47,445 nucleotides of DNA from a virus (IMGVR_UViG_3300033074_001474:1-47445), one strand, 5' to 3'; shown: positions 24,247-35,187, numbered from the stretch's first letter. Notes: generated by a model from the letters alone, not told the origin. Numbers and translations: made by a program.

Positions 24247-26451
24247 ATGGCATTAACGATAAATCAGGATTCAAAAACAGCTCAAGATGGACGAAAAAAC
24301 GAACTTGAGGGCATTGAAGAGGGTTTAATTGAGAAATCTCCAAAGAAGCTACTAAAAACGCTTGAAAAAGAGAATTTCGGAAAGACTATTGAGCAACTTT
24401 GGCGTCAAGGAAATATGGACCGGAGTGCTTGGCTTACTCGTCAAGAAGCCTTCTTACAGCAGTACGACGAATTCTTAGATCCTATTATTGAGTCTCCTAG
24501 TTCCTGGTCCGCAGACTTACATTTACCTGTAGCACTCACTATCGGAAAAACATTTCACGCAAGATTCTTCTCAGCCCTTATGGGTACAGAACCTTATTGC
24601 AATGTAAAAGCTAGACAAGCAGCCAACGAGGACCGGACCACATTAGTATCGGACCTCATGCAATATACTCTAAAATCATGGGCTAACGATTACACGGGGA
24701 TTGAAGCTGAAATTGATTCCTTTGTGTGGAACTGGGCTATGCGAGGGATCGGGATAGTAAAATTAGGCTGGGATAAGAAGTATTCTAGAATCATTGATGT
24801 TGTAAAAAAACCTAGGCCAGTAATTAAATTTGTCATAGGACCTGAAGGCCAAGAGATTCCAATTGAAACAGTTGAATTTGATGAAGTTGAAGAAGAGATG
24901 GTAATTGAGGAGTGCAATGCTCCAAGAATAAAAAGAATTGCCCCAGAAGATTTAGTCATCATTGGAGGAAAGGGAGATATAGATCAAGCTGATGCGGTGA
25001 TCGAGTCTTGTTTCCTAACAGCTTCGGATCTCTGGACTCTAGTAGACCAAGGCGTTTTTGATGAGGACGCTGTAAAAGAAATGATTAAAAATGGAGATCA
25101 GCCAAGATCAGCAGACCAAAATGCTGGCATCACTTTAATGCAAGAACAAAAAGCTGGAATGTCCTCAATAGAAAAACCACATGACCTTGATCGATATCAA
25201 GTTCTAGAAGCTTATATCAAAAAGGATGTTGATGGTTCTGGGATTAATTCTGATATTGTTGTGTGGGCAGATGCAAGAAGTGGTAAGCTGCTAAGAGCTA
25301 CTTACCTACACAGGATTAACAAGAAAACTAAAAAACGCCCTTATGCAAAAGCTGACTTCTATTTGAGAGAAGGTCAAAACTACGGGGTAGGGTTAATTGA
25401 ATTAACTTACTCAATCTGTAATGAAATTGACTCCCTAAACAACATGGCACTTGATTTTGGGCTATTATCCACATTACCGTTTGGTTATTACAGAGCAGGA
25501 TCTAATTTATCCCAGGAAACAATTCAAGTTGAGCCAGGAACTCTTATTCCAGTCGAAGATCCTTCTAGTATATTTTTCCCAACACTCGGAAATAGAGCAG
25601 CATTCTCAATGCAGCACTTACAATTCTTATACTCGATCATTGAGCGCCTAACAGGAATCTCTGATTTAAATTTTGGTATCATCGGCGGTCAAGGAGCTAC
25701 TAGAACAGCTTCAGGTGTTAGAGCTGTAATGTCTGAAAGCAATAACAACTTAGACATTTTCCTACGCAGACTTAATAGAGCAATGCGAAAGATATTTCAA
25801 TACACTTTTGCAATGATTCAAGAAAAAATGCCGGCTAACTTTGAGTTTAGGGTTCTTGGGGATTCCGGAGAAGATTATTTTAAAGTAATTAAATCTAGAG
25901 AAGAAATTTCAGGACACTTTGATTTTGAACTTGAGCCGAATTCAGCAGCTAGTAATCCGAGTATACGAATGGATACAGCAAGCCAAGTTGTACAGCTTAC
26001 TAGTAACCCACTTGATATTCAATTAGGAATAGTAACACCAGTGCAAAGATATGCTGCACTAAAAAATTATCTAATAGCTCTTGGTGTAAAAGACTACGGA
26101 AAATTTATACAAAAACCACAAGGAATGGAAAGAGCTTTCACTCCTGAGGAAATGGCTAATAGAGTTCTAGCTGGAATTGATGCTCCTCTTAGTCCAAATA
26201 TGGATTTAGAGGGCTTCGTAACTTACGCACAAGAGATAATGGATAATGATGAGTTACTTGGACAATTTAATGTTGATCAAGCTAAGGCACTAGCAGCTAA
26301 ACAAAAAGAAGCTATACAAATGATTCAGGCTCTTAAAGAAATGGCAGCACAGCAAGCTAACGCACAGCAAATGCAGCGTAACTCGCAACAATCTATGCAA
26401 CAGGTTCCACAAACTGTAACCGCGCCTCAAGCCCCACCAGCCGAAGGATAA
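24247..26451 (+). CDS. portal protein
   Basis: 734 aa, immediately after terL. Gln-rich C-terminus. Called on size and position. Confidence 0.7.
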   Translation: MALTINQDSKTAQDGRKNELEGIEEGLIEKSPKKLLKTLEKENFGKTIEQLWRQGNMDRSAWLTRQEAFLQQYDEFLDPIIESPSSWSADLHLPVALTIGKTFHARFFSALMGTEPYCNVKARQAANEDRTTLVSDLMQYTLKSWANDYTGIEAEIDSFVWNWAMRGIGIVKLGWDKKYSRIIDVVKKPRPVIKFVIGPEGQEIPIETVEFDEVEEEMVIEECNAPRIKRIAPEDLVIIGGKGDIDQADAVIESCFLTASDLWTLVDQGVFDEDAVKEMIKNGDQPRSADQNAGITLMQEQKAGMSSIEKPHDLDRYQVLEAYIKKDVDGSGINSDIVVWADARSGKLLRATYLHRINKKTKKRPYAKADFYLREGQNYGVGLIELTYSICNEIDSLNNMALDFGLLSTLPFGYYRAGSNLSQETIQVEPGTLIPVEDPSSIFFPTLGNRAAFSMQHLQFLYSIIERLTGISDLNFGIIGGQGATRTASGVRAVMSESNNNLDIFLRRLNRAMRKIFQYTFAMIQEKMPANFEFRVLGDSGEDYFKVIKSREEISGHFDFELEPNSAASNPSIRMDTASQVVQLTSNPLDIQLGIVTPVQRYAALKNYLIALGVKDYGKFIQKPQGMERAFTPEEMANRVLAGIDAPLSPNMDLEGFVTYAQEIMDNDELLGQFNVDQAKALAAKQKEAIQMIQALKEMAAQQANAQQMQRNSQQSMQQVPQTVTAPQAPPAEG

Positions 26452-26453
26452 CT

Positions 26454-26705
26454 ATGTCTGTTAATAAGCCATATAAACTGACACAAGAAGAACTGGACTT
26501 GGCTGAAGAGATACTATCTCATGAGGGCTGGTCTACTTTGATGAAGATAATAGAAACACACGTTGAGGATATTGAGGCCCAAATTCACAAGATTCAGCCT
26601 ACTTCAAAAGAGTGTGGTACAATACTTATAATTGAAAGATCTAAGGCAGTAGGGGCTAAGAACCTGCTCCATAGAATCAAAAATTTGAAAGCAAAGAAGT
26701 CATAA
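26454..26705 (+). CDS. hypothetical protein, 83 aa
   Basis: ORF track. Confidence 0.6.
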   Translation: MSVNKPYKLTQEELDLAEEILSHEGWSTLMKIIETHVEDIEAQIHKIQPTSKECGTILIIERSKAVGAKNLLHRIKNLKAKKS

Positions 26706-26761
26706 GGACTCTTTGTTAAACCCAACAAACCGAGTGACGCCGTTAGCAGTCAGGGGGAAAT

Positions 26762-27469
26762 ATGTCAGAGGACAAGTCTGGCGAAAGCCAATCTAATGCT
26801 CAGTCTCAAGAGCAAGATCCAATAAAACAGATAAAATCTGAATTTGGTAGGAAGCAAGATAATGTGATGAATGAGCTAAATAGCTTAAAATCACAGCTTA
26901 GCCAAATAGCAGACACCGTTATTCAAGCCGCAGCTACAAAACGCGCAGCTTCAGAATCCAGCGAAGAAATGCCTGATCCAGTTATGGATCCAAAAGGATA
27001 CAAGGAATATATGCGTAAGGAATTGCGTAGAGATGTAGATGAGTCTCTAAATGCAGAGCGAGAACGAAATACAGTTCTTAGTTCCTTAGTAGCTAATTAC
27101 CCGGAACTTCAGTCAGGAAGTTCGGAACTAACTCAAACAGCACTCCGAATTTATAACAGCTTGTCAGCTTCTGAAAAAGCATCGCCGTCTGGTTATAAGA
27201 TTGCAGTGATGCAAGCTGCACAAGAAGTGGGAGTATTACCAATGAACAAAAGACAAAAACAATCTCAAGGTGACGAAGATTTTACTTTATCATCATCTAG
27301 TTCTACAGCAAGACAAAAGCCGTCTCAAAGAGCGAAAGAAGAAAAAATCGACGACAAGACTTTAGAGTTTGCAAAACTTTTAGGCCGTCCGGTGAATGAT
27401 GACAAGTACATTGAGAGATTAAAAACAACTATATCTTCTCGTAAGAGAAGTTGGTCAAAATTTGAGTAA
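26762..27469 (+). CDS. scaffolding protein candidate
   Basis: Hydrophilic, charged, helix-prone 235 aa between the portal and capsid genes. Confidence 0.45.
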   Translation: MSEDKSGESQSNAQSQEQDPIKQIKSEFGRKQDNVMNELNSLKSQLSQIADTVIQAAATKRAASESSEEMPDPVMDPKGYKEYMRKELRRDVDESLNAERERNTVLSSLVANYPELQSGSSELTQTALRIYNSLSASEKASPSGYKIAVMQAAQEVGVLPMNKRQKQSQGDEDFTLSSSSSTARQKPSQRAKEEKIDDKTLEFAKLLGRPVNDDKYIERLKTTISSRKRSWSKFE

Positions 27470-27479
27470 GGAATAATAT

Positions 27480-27977
27480 ATGAGTAAAGAAATTAAAAAA
27501 CAAAATACACAGGGCCGAGTTCCAGTAACACAAAAAAATAAAATTTCAGAATATGAGTTTGGGAATAAAGCAAAATCAATGTTGGATATTCCAGAAGATT
27601 GCGCAAAAGAATTAGAAGCAAGTGGGCTTGAGGGGCGCTGGGTTGATGTCGTGGAACTAAAGAAAAATCATGGATGGCACAAACGCGAGTGGACACCCTT
27701 TAAATTTAAATGTTTAGGTCAATCAGCAGTCAATCCTTTTGGAGCCTCTGAAGGCTTATATGACGGGTATTTAATACGTAAACAGTTAGTATTAGCAGCG
27801 AAAACTAAGGAAAAGGCTGATTCTAGAAGGGCTTATACAAAGATGAGAGCTAAAATGCAGTCTAATCCTGGAAAGACCTCTATTGAGGAATTTAAGAAAT
27901 TCATTCACGAAAACGACCGTTCCGCTAAAGTCCTAGAGTGGAATGATAAGGACGAAGAACAGACTGAAATAGACTGA
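27480..27977 (+). CDS. hypothetical basic protein, 165 aa
   Basis: ORF track. Confidence 0.6.
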   Translation: MSKEIKKQNTQGRVPVTQKNKISEYEFGNKAKSMLDIPEDCAKELEASGLEGRWVDVVELKKNHGWHKREWTPFKFKCLGQSAVNPFGASEGLYDGYLIRKQLVLAAKTKEKADSRRAYTKMRAKMQSNPGKTSIEEFKKFIHENDRSAKVLEWNDKDEEQTEID

Positions 27978-28081
27978 ATAAGGCTTTTAGGGCAAAAAAC
28001 AGGCTTTTTTAAAACCTGTGGTAGTATTCTTCTTTAGAGGGGCAGTTTAGCCCAAAAACTATAAAAAGGAGAAAAAATCAC

Positions 28082-28564
28082 ATGGCAAATAAAAATATGC
28101 CTGTAGGCCTAAAACCCTACGAACAACTATTACGGGCTAGAAAATATACAGCTGGAAGCACTGTATATCCTGGTGACACAGTAGCACTAGCAGCAGATGG
28201 TCAAGTTGATTCTTCAATCACTGTACCCTTGATTGGCGTTGCATTAAATTATGCAACAGTTGGACAAGACATAATGATTGCAGATCACCCAGACCAAATG
28301 TTCATTGCAGAAGCAGACGAAGCACTCGTTGCAGCGGATGTTGGAAAAAACTGTGAACTAGCATTAGGAACAGCTTCAACAACTTATAAAATGTCACGAG
28401 CTTATGTAGACGGATCACAAGTTGCTGACACTGCAACTCTCGCAGTTAAAATCTTAGGTATTGGTGAAGCAATAGACAATGCCGCAGGTTCAGACAACGT
28501 AGACGTAATCGTAAAAATTAACAATCACAGTCTTGGCAGCCATACTGGTACTGCTGGATTATAA
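28082..28564 (+). CDS. head decoration-like protein candidate
   Basis: Strong AAGGAG RBS. 160 aa, directly upstream of the capsid gene. Gly/Ala/Val-rich, beta-type composition. Confidence 0.35.
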   Translation: MANKNMPVGLKPYEQLLRARKYTAGSTVYPGDTVALAADGQVDSSITVPLIGVALNYATVGQDIMIADHPDQMFIAEADEALVAADVGKNCELALGTASTTYKMSRAYVDGSQVADTATLAVKILGIGEAIDNAAGSDNVDVIVKINNHSLGSHTGTAGL

Positions 28565-28581
28565 TAGGAAGGAATTAATAT

Positions 28582-29511
28582 ATGTCAGCACCCGTTTTTT
28601 TGAGATCGAATTATTCGGACCTATTTGGTTCAAGCATGCTTCCAGTTTTGGAAGAGTTATTCCGTTCAGAACTAGCTCAGCACCCAATGCGACGCGAGCA
28701 ATTATTTAAAGTAGTTTCTACAGATCGAGACATTTGGCAATCAAGTGAATTACATGATATGCCTTTGTTTCAACAAGTTGCAGAGGGCGCAGACTATAGT
28801 TTTTATAGACAAAATCAAGGTGTAAGCAAAACTCTACAAGTTTTGAAATACGGCCTGGGTTTTTCTATTTCTGAAGAAGCTATGGACGATGGTAAAATTG
28901 ACTTTATCGCAGACGCTGTTAGAAAAATGGCTAAATCTGCAAGAGAGTCTCAAGAGATTTCTGCAATGAACATTTTCAATAATGGATTTACATCTGAAAC
29001 TTCAGCAGATGGTCAATATGTATTTGATACAGATCATAGTTTACCAAGTGGTTTAACTTTCAGAAATAAACTTTCAACAGATGCAGATCTTTCTCCATCT
29101 TCTTTAGAACAAATGCTAGTTGATTTTGAAACTCAATTTGTTGGAGATTCAGGGATAATTGAATTTATAACTCCAAAGATATTGTTAGTTCATCCTGAAA
29201 ATAAACGTTATGCAATGGAGATTATCGGCTCTGAGTTAAAAGCAGACAGCGCAGATAACAACATGAATTCTCTTAAACAAGATGGTTTAGTAGTTGTCTC
29301 CTCTCCTCATTTGACTGATTCTGATGCTTGGTTCTTACTTGCATCTCCAGAGCAAACTGGTTTAAGAATCGTTCAACGTACTGGAATCCAAACTAAAGGT
29401 TCTGGTGAGGACGTTGGCTTCTTAAATGACAGTATCTACTATAAATCACGCTACCGTGAAAAAATTGGCGTTACTCATGCAAAAGGTATATTTGGATCTC
29501 AAGGCGCTTAA
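28582..29511 (+). CDS. major capsid protein candidate
   Basis: 309 aa. AGGAAGGA RBS. Position after the scaffold. Followed by a strong intrinsic terminator. Confidence 0.65.
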   Translation: MSAPVFLRSNYSDLFGSSMLPVLEELFRSELAQHPMRREQLFKVVSTDRDIWQSSELHDMPLFQQVAEGADYSFYRQNQGVSKTLQVLKYGLGFSISEEAMDDGKIDFIADAVRKMAKSARESQEISAMNIFNNGFTSETSADGQYVFDTDHSLPSGLTFRNKLSTDADLSPSSLEQMLVDFETQFVGDSGIIEFITPKILLVHPENKRYAMEIIGSELKADSADNNMNSLKQDGLVVVSSPHLTDSDAWFLLASPEQTGLRIVQRTGIQTKGSGEDVGFLNDSIYYKSRYREKIGVTHAKGIFGSQGA

Positions 29512-29539
29512 TCGTAAAAAAGCTTAAGTAATAAGCCTT

Positions 29540-29567
29540 AAAGGGGTACATAAGTGCCCCTTTTTTA
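29540..29567 (+). terminator. rho-independent terminator after the capsid gene
   Basis: 10-bp stem aaaggggtac / gtgccccttt (one G-U pair), loop ataa, then a T-run tttttt. Confidence 0.7.
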
Positions 29568-29573
29568 TTTGTA

Positions 29574-29582
29574 TGATATAAT
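29574..29582 (+). promoter_or_regulatory. extended -10 promoter candidate (TGaTATAAT) just after the terminator
   Basis: tgatataat. Followed by the hairpin cggca-tag-tgccg (29598-29610) and the RBS of 29642. Confidence 0.3.
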
Positions 29583-29641
29583 AATAACGATATAGATCGG
29601 CATAGTGCCGAACTTAGAAAACTAAGACTATAGGAGAAAAT

Positions 29642-30370
29642 ATGGCAGTTTCAGACAGATCAGGTGTCCACTTTAATGGACCAATCAAAAATAAAGTAAA
29701 ACGATCAGGTGCAAGACAATGGTATGGCGACTTAAATGTAGGTCAAGAACCAGATTTATGTGTTCTATTTAATGACTTCTTAATGACACAAGATTATTCA
29801 GCAAATGACTGGACAATAACAACTACAGAAGCTGGAGCAGGAGATGCTACAGAAGCAATCGCTGCGGATGAAGCTTGTGGCGCGTTACTGATTACTAATG
29901 ATGATGCAGAAAATGACGTAGATTCTCTTCAAATGAACGAAGAGAACTGGCGCTTGTCATCTGGCAAGCAGTTGTGGATGGAGTTAAGAATAAAGGTTGG
30001 AGATGTAGATGAAGCTGATATGTTTGTAGGCTTAGCAATTACTGACACTACTCCTAGGGATGCTTCAGATAGAATTGGATTTGCATTGGCAGATGGATCA
30101 GCAGCTTTGTCTTGTGTTAATGCTAAGAATTCTACAGCGACAACTACAAGTTCAATCGCAACACTAGCAGATGCGACTTATGTTAAGTGTGGTCTACACT
30201 GGGATGGTAAAAATAAAGTTGAATTCTTTATCAATGGCAGCATTGTTGCAACACACTCAACAAATATTCCAGATGATGAGAATTTAGCTGTTACACTAAA
30301 TATTCAAAATGGTGCAGCTGCGGCTAATACATTAACAGTTGATTACATCTATGTAGCTCAAGAAAGATAA
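29642..30370 (+). CDS. virion structural protein, 242 aa
   Basis: TAGGAG RBS. Beta-rich composition. Located in the head/tail block. Confidence 0.5.
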   Translation: MAVSDRSGVHFNGPIKNKVKRSGARQWYGDLNVGQEPDLCVLFNDFLMTQDYSANDWTITTTEAGAGDATEAIAADEACGALLITNDDAENDVDSLQMNEENWRLSSGKQLWMELRIKVGDVDEADMFVGLAITDTTPRDASDRIGFALADGSAALSCVNAKNSTATTTSSIATLADATYVKCGLHWDGKNKVEFFINGSIVATHSTNIPDDENLAVTLNIQNGAAAANTLTVDYIYVAQER

Positions 30371-30378
30371 GGTGAGTT

Positions 30379-30657
30379 ATGGCTGTAACTATGCAAGAAA
30401 ACGTTATCCGTATAACAGCGGATAACGACACCATTACTGGCACCTTTTATGTTAATTCAATTGTGTATATTCCAGGGACTGGATCACCAGCGATCTCAAT
30501 AAAAGAAACAGATACAAATGGAGAAATATATTGGGAAGCATCTGGAGCAACAGCTATTTATGCGCAAAACCCAATAAGATTAAAGGGAACTACACACATT
30601 GATTTAGCAGGTACAGGAACTATTTTATATCTATATTTAGATGTACATAGTGAGTGA
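30379..30657 (+). CDS. virion-module protein, 92 aa
   Basis: ORF track. Confidence 0.55.
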   Translation: MAVTMQENVIRITADNDTITGTFYVNSIVYIPGTGSPAISIKETDTNGEIYWEASGATAIYAQNPIRLKGTTHIDLAGTGTILYLYLDVHSE

Positions 30658-30665
30658 CCTGATGC

Positions 30666-31004
30666 ATGGCTAACATCATCAATGGTAATACGTTTTATGT
30701 AGACGCAGCTTCGGCTTCTGGTACGGAAGGAAGCTTCCTATTAGGCAAGGATATACAAATTCTTGGCGTTATCTTTACCAGTGACACCATTGGTAACTCA
30801 ATTACTATAAACGATATAAAACAATACAACGATGCAGCCACATCAGCCGCCGGAGCCCTTAAATTAGAAATATCAATTGGAGTAGCAAACGAGACTCAGT
30901 TTATTAGGCTTTCAGATATGCCTATTAGATGTGTGAACGGGATATGGGTTAGTGCTATAAGTGCTAATTCTCATGCTACAATAATCTTTAAGAAAAGTTC
31001 TTAA
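30666..31004 (+). CDS. virion-module protein, 112 aa
   Basis: ORF track. Confidence 0.55.
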   Translation: MANIINGNTFYVDAASASGTEGSFLLGKDIQILGVIFTSDTIGNSITINDIKQYNDAATSAAGALKLEISIGVANETQFIRLSDMPIRCVNGIWVSAISANSHATIIFKKSS

Positions 31005-31020
31005 GAAAGGATGAATAATT

Positions 31021-32568
31021 ATGTCGATTAGATTACTAGACTTCAAAGACATAGTTGATTCAGTAGCAGAAGAATTAAAAGTTCAGGCTGAAGATACAAA
31101 TACAATAGCTCGGATTAAGAGATTAATAAATCAAACTTATATCCAAGAGGTTGTGCCTTTTGCAAGATGGAAGTGGTTAGAAGGTCATACTGCTGTAAAG
31201 TTTAACGCAGCTTACTATGGGGGAACAGCCTCAGTCACTCCAAACTCCACAACGGTGACATTATCCACAGCACCCAGCGTCTCATTAGGCTCCTTTGCTG
31301 GAAAGATGTTCTCAACTGATTCCTTCTCAGAAGCTTACATAATTGAATCTCACACAGCTGGAAGCACGACCGTAACATTATCTGCTCAATATCTTGGAAC
31401 ACTAGATGCTACTGCAAGTTTTAAAATCTGGACAGATAAAATAAATCTCCCCACAGATTGTAGGGAAACAGTGTCAGTATATACGTCAATGAATGCTCGT
31501 CCCATGGAGGGTGTTGGTTGGCAGAAGTTTAGAGAGTTAAGCTTGCTAGCTCCCAAGACTGAAGGCTATCCAAGAATCTATTACACAGGGGACTACTATG
31601 ATCCGTCATCAGGTACAGATGAATTAGAGACAGACCGTTATAGACAACTTAGAGTTTATCCTTCCATTACGAAGAGTGCTTGCACAGTCTACATAGATTA
31701 TATGAAAGAAGTGGAAGAGATGTCAGCTGATGGGGATGAGCCTGTCCTTCCAATTGAAGATAGAATAGTTTTAAAGTATGGTGCGTTAAAAACAGCTTGG
31801 AGAACTATTGCAAGGAATCCAGAAGAAGCCCAAATAAGTTCTCAAGAATTCTATGCAAGACTTAACAGGATGTCGGGGAAAATTGAAGATTCTCAAGACA
31901 ACCCAAGAATTACACCAGACTCCTCCTATTTTAAAAAAAGACGAGCTGGCAAGTATAGGGTTGGCGGTTATGGCGGGGATTTTGGCCCTGTAGGCGGCTC
32001 TGGAAACGCTGCAATAACGTATCTTGAGGATGTAACCATCAATGGGGCTACCATAACTAATAACATAACAGTGTCATCTGGAAAGACTATTGATGGGGTT
32101 GATATCTCTGTTTTAAAAACAGATTTTGACGCCCATATAGCAGATACCACAGACGCACATGATGCTTCAGCAATTTCATATTCAAACACAACATCAGGGC
32201 TAACAGCCGATGATGTTCAAGAAGCAATTGATGAATTAGCATCAGGAACTGTAGGAAAAACATCTGTTACATTAACCGATAACACCTCAAATCAGGTCGT
32301 ATATTCTGCTTCAGTAGCAGCTGCGACCGTATTACGGTTTAGCTATTCTGTAGTTCGGGGAGCAGCTAATATCGAGACTGGTAGTATTAATATAGTCCAT
32401 GATGGAACAAATGCAGCTATAGCTCAAGGTGCGGTAGCTTCATTAGGAACGCTAGGGGTAACCTTTACAACGGACGTTTCTGGTGGTTTAATACGATTGC
32501 TCTCAACTACGACTTCCACAGGAACTAATGCTACAATGAAGTATTCTTTAGATGATTATTTAGCTTAA
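31021..32568 (+). CDS. tail-associated / fibre protein, 515 aa
   Basis: C-terminal part carries DAHIADTTDAHDASAISY...GLTADDVQEAIDEL, a motif common in phage fibre/appendage proteins. Confidence 0.5.
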   Translation: MSIRLLDFKDIVDSVAEELKVQAEDTNTIARIKRLINQTYIQEVVPFARWKWLEGHTAVKFNAAYYGGTASVTPNSTTVTLSTAPSVSLGSFAGKMFSTDSFSEAYIIESHTAGSTTVTLSAQYLGTLDATASFKIWTDKINLPTDCRETVSVYTSMNARPMEGVGWQKFRELSLLAPKTEGYPRIYYTGDYYDPSSGTDELETDRYRQLRVYPSITKSACTVYIDYMKEVEEMSADGDEPVLPIEDRIVLKYGALKTAWRTIARNPEEAQISSQEFYARLNRMSGKIEDSQDNPRITPDSSYFKKRRAGKYRVGGYGGDFGPVGGSGNAAITYLEDVTINGATITNNITVSSGKTIDGVDISVLKTDFDAHIADTTDAHDASAISYSNTTSGLTADDVQEAIDELASGTVGKTSVTLTDNTSNQVVYSASVAAATVLRFSYSVVRGAANIETGSINIVHDGTNAAIAQGAVASLGTLGVTFTTDVSGGLIRLLSTTTSTGTNATMKYSLDDYLA

Positions 32569-32598
32569 TTTCTAAAGATGACATAAGGAGAATGAATT

Positions 32599-35187
32599 AT
32601 GGCAAATAACAGCTTCAAAATAAAAAAGTCAATAAATATTGAGCCTCTAGCAAGCCCCACGCTAAATGCTGAGGGCGATATTGGAATGAACTCTACTTCA
32701 CATAAGCTCGAGGTCAGAGATAACTCAGCCACGCGCAGCGTGGTTACAGAAGATGGAACCGCTACACTCACTAATAAAACCTTTGATGCAGATGGAACAG
32801 GAAACTCAATAACCAACATTGAGAACGCCGACATCAAAGCCGCAGCTGCTATAGCTTTAAACAAGCTGGCTGCAACCACAGCAAGTCGCGCACTAGTTTC
32901 AGATGCATCTGGTTTTGTTTCAGCTGCAACTACGACTTCAACAGAGATTGGTTATGTGAATGGGGTCACATCTGCAATTCAAACTCAAATTGATGGAAAA
33001 ATTTCTGCTTCAAGCTCTGACACTCTAACAAATAAAACAATTGATGCAGATGCAAATACTATAACTAACATTGAGAACGCCGACATCAAAGCCGCAGCTG
33101 CTATAGCTTTAGATAAGTTAGCCGCAACCACTGCATCAAGAGCTTTAGTCTCTGATGCGTCAGGATTTGTAAGTGCAGCTACTACGACTGCTACTGAGAT
33201 AGGCTACGTGAATGGAGTCACATCTGCAATACAGACGCAGCTGGATGGTAAGATTGCTAAAACATTGACTACCACGACTGGGGATATGATTTATGCATCA
33301 AGTGCTAACACCCCAGCTAGACTTCCCATAGGTTCTGCTGGACAGGTGCTAAAAACTGTTGGAGGAATTCCGGCTTGGGCCGCAGCTTCTTCGGGAGGCA
33401 TCAACTACATTTCATCTAACCCTGATGCCGAAGCCGATACTACTGGCTGGGCAACGTATGCTGATGCCGCAGGAACAAGTCCTGTAGATGGAACAGGTGG
33501 AAGCCCCAATATCACTTGGACAAGAACTACATCGTCGCCTTTGCGTGGATCGGGCAGCTTTCTTTTTACTAAAGACGCAGCAAACAGACAAGGCCAAGGC
33601 GCTTCCTATGACTTCACTATTGATTCATCAGATAAAGCAAAAGTTCTTACAATAAATTTTGATTATATTGTGGGAAGTGGAACGTTTAGCGCTGGTTCTA
33701 GCTCTGCAGATTCAGACTTAACAGTTTGGATTTACGACGTAACCAACTCACGATTAATTCAACCAAGTACTATTAAATTATTTTCTAACTCAAGCACTAT
33801 TGCGGATAAATATTCTGCACAATTTCAAACGTCAAGCGACTCAACATCTTATAGATTAATTTTCCATGTAACTTCTACTAGTGCGTCTGCTTATACACTT
33901 AAGTTTGATAATTTCTCTGTTGGACCAAGTTCGTATATATTTGGAACTCCTGTTACGGATTCAAAAAGTTACTCCCCTGCTGGCAGTTGGGAAAATACCA
34001 CTTACAGTGGACAATATTGGAGAGTTGGAGACAAGTTTAATGCCCAGATAAATTTAACATTTTCATCCGCACCTACAACTTCCGATTTTTCTATGACCCC
34101 CGCTCAATTGTTTAATGGTTTGGGAATAACGCTCGATACAGCTAAGTTAGGTTCTGGAGTGATTTCTATAGGAACTTGGGCTGCTCGTGACTTGGGTACA
34201 GCAGAATACAGTGGATCACTCTATCTTTATGCGGGCACAACAATTTATATGGGTGATATTGATGGAAATGGTAACGTCACTAAAACAAATCCTTTTACGA
34301 TTGCTTCTGGAGATTTTTATGACTTACAAATTCACAATCTCCCTATTCTTGGCTGGTCATCATCTGTTCAAATGAGTGACTCAGCTGATACTAGAGTGGT
34401 TGCCGCTGGATACTCAACACTATCCTCAACATCATATACTTCCCCTAATGCAATTGTTCACACCACGAAATTATATGACACACATAACGCTTACAATACC
34501 AGTACAGGGGAATACACTGCACCAGTACCGGGAATATATAAAATAACAATTGGACGTACATATACAGGATCAGGAACCATAAATTATGGAATATATAAAA
34601 ATGGATCAATTTCATTAACAGCAGTAATTCAAGCGGGATCAGTAGCCAGAGTTAATGGCAGCGCCTCAATTCAAGTAAACGCTGGAGATAAGTTAACTGT
34701 AGTTGGAGATACTTCAGTAACCTTTGGAGATACTGGAGGTTATATCTTTTTTGAAAGACTTTCTGGCCCTTCAGCCATAGCTGCTACTGAGACTATTGCA
34801 GCTAAATATACGGCAATAAACACGACGACGTTTACTACCTCAGGAGTTGTGGCAGATTTTGCAACAAAGGTCTTTGATACTCATGGAGCGGTAACTACTG
34901 GGGCGTCTTGGAAATTTACAGCTCCAGCTTATGGAATTTATCATATATCATTAGGATTTTATCCATCATCTACAGTTGGCTTAATCATCAATTTACAAAA
35001 AAATGGGTCGGCTGTTGAAAGACTTGCAGAAATAGCTGCTAGCAGTACAGCTAAAGAAATTAGTGCCTCTACAGAAATTTTATTGAATGCTGGAGATTAT
35101 ATTGACCTAAAAGGTTTTGCAGGATCAACAACATTAACTTTTTTTAATGATTCTACATTAAATAGAATAAGCATTTTTAGGATTTAA
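32599..35187 (+). CDS. tail fibre protein with internal tandem repeat
   Basis: 862 aa, Ser/Thr/Gly/Ala-rich, with an ~86-aa duplicated module near the N-terminus. Confidence 0.65.
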   Translation: MANNSFKIKKSINIEPLASPTLNAEGDIGMNSTSHKLEVRDNSATRSVVTEDGTATLTNKTFDADGTGNSITNIENADIKAAAAIALNKLAATTASRALVSDASGFVSAATTTSTEIGYVNGVTSAIQTQIDGKISASSSDTLTNKTIDADANTITNIENADIKAAAAIALDKLAATTASRALVSDASGFVSAATTTATEIGYVNGVTSAIQTQLDGKIAKTLTTTTGDMIYASSANTPARLPIGSAGQVLKTVGGIPAWAAASSGGINYISSNPDAEADTTGWATYADAAGTSPVDGTGGSPNITWTRTTSSPLRGSGSFLFTKDAANRQGQGASYDFTIDSSDKAKVLTINFDYIVGSGTFSAGSSSADSDLTVWIYDVTNSRLIQPSTIKLFSNSSTIADKYSAQFQTSSDSTSYRLIFHVTSTSASAYTLKFDNFSVGPSSYIFGTPVTDSKSYSPAGSWENTTYSGQYWRVGDKFNAQINLTFSSAPTTSDFSMTPAQLFNGLGITLDTAKLGSGVISIGTWAARDLGTAEYSGSLYLYAGTTIYMGDIDGNGNVTKTNPFTIASGDFYDLQIHNLPILGWSSSVQMSDSADTRVVAAGYSTLSSTSYTSPNAIVHTTKLYDTHNAYNTSTGEYTAPVPGIYKITIGRTYTGSGTINYGIYKNGSISLTAVIQAGSVARVNGSASIQVNAGDKLTVVGDTSVTFGDTGGYIFFERLSGPSAIAATETIAAKYTAINTTTFTTSGVVADFATKVFDTHGAVTTGASWKFTAPAYGIYHISLGFYPSSTVGLIINLQKNGSAVERLAEIAASSTAKEISASTEILLNAGDYIDLKGFAGSTTLTFFNDSTLNRISIFRI
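32770..33260 (+). repeat. two tandem ~250-nt (~86-aa) modules inside the tail fibre gene
   Basis: TNKT(F/I)DAD..ITNIENADIKAAAAIAL.KLAATTASRALVSDASGFVSAATTT.TEIGYVNGVTSAIQTQ.DGKI occurs twice. Long identical nt runs include 32816-32860 = 33068-33112. Confidence 0.85.

Noticed and set aside
32837-32849. AAGCCGCAGCTGC (also at 33089 and 42930), one mismatch from the polar 13-mer but in the 'wrong' orientation in the right arm.
   Set aside because: The variant core GCAGCTGC is a palindrome. All three copies encode K-A-A-A runs in Ala-rich proteins, and two of them lie within the duplicated fibre module. They are most simply explained by coding sequence and were not counted as motif copies.
32565-32879. 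Antisense or alternative-frame track ORFs inside long genes. Examples: 32565..32879(-), 21091..21279(-), 21113..21322(-), 21368..21583(-), 21508..21780(-), 21918..22163(-), 23264..23831(-) set, 24690..24962(-), 31968..32189(-), 33412..33597(-), 35912..36145(-), 213..432(+), 46831..47050(+).
   Set aside because: They lie opposite to, or out of frame with, well-supported genes. They lack RBS or coupling, and they have odd composition, often reading through Ala/Ser/Gly-rich codons in reverse.
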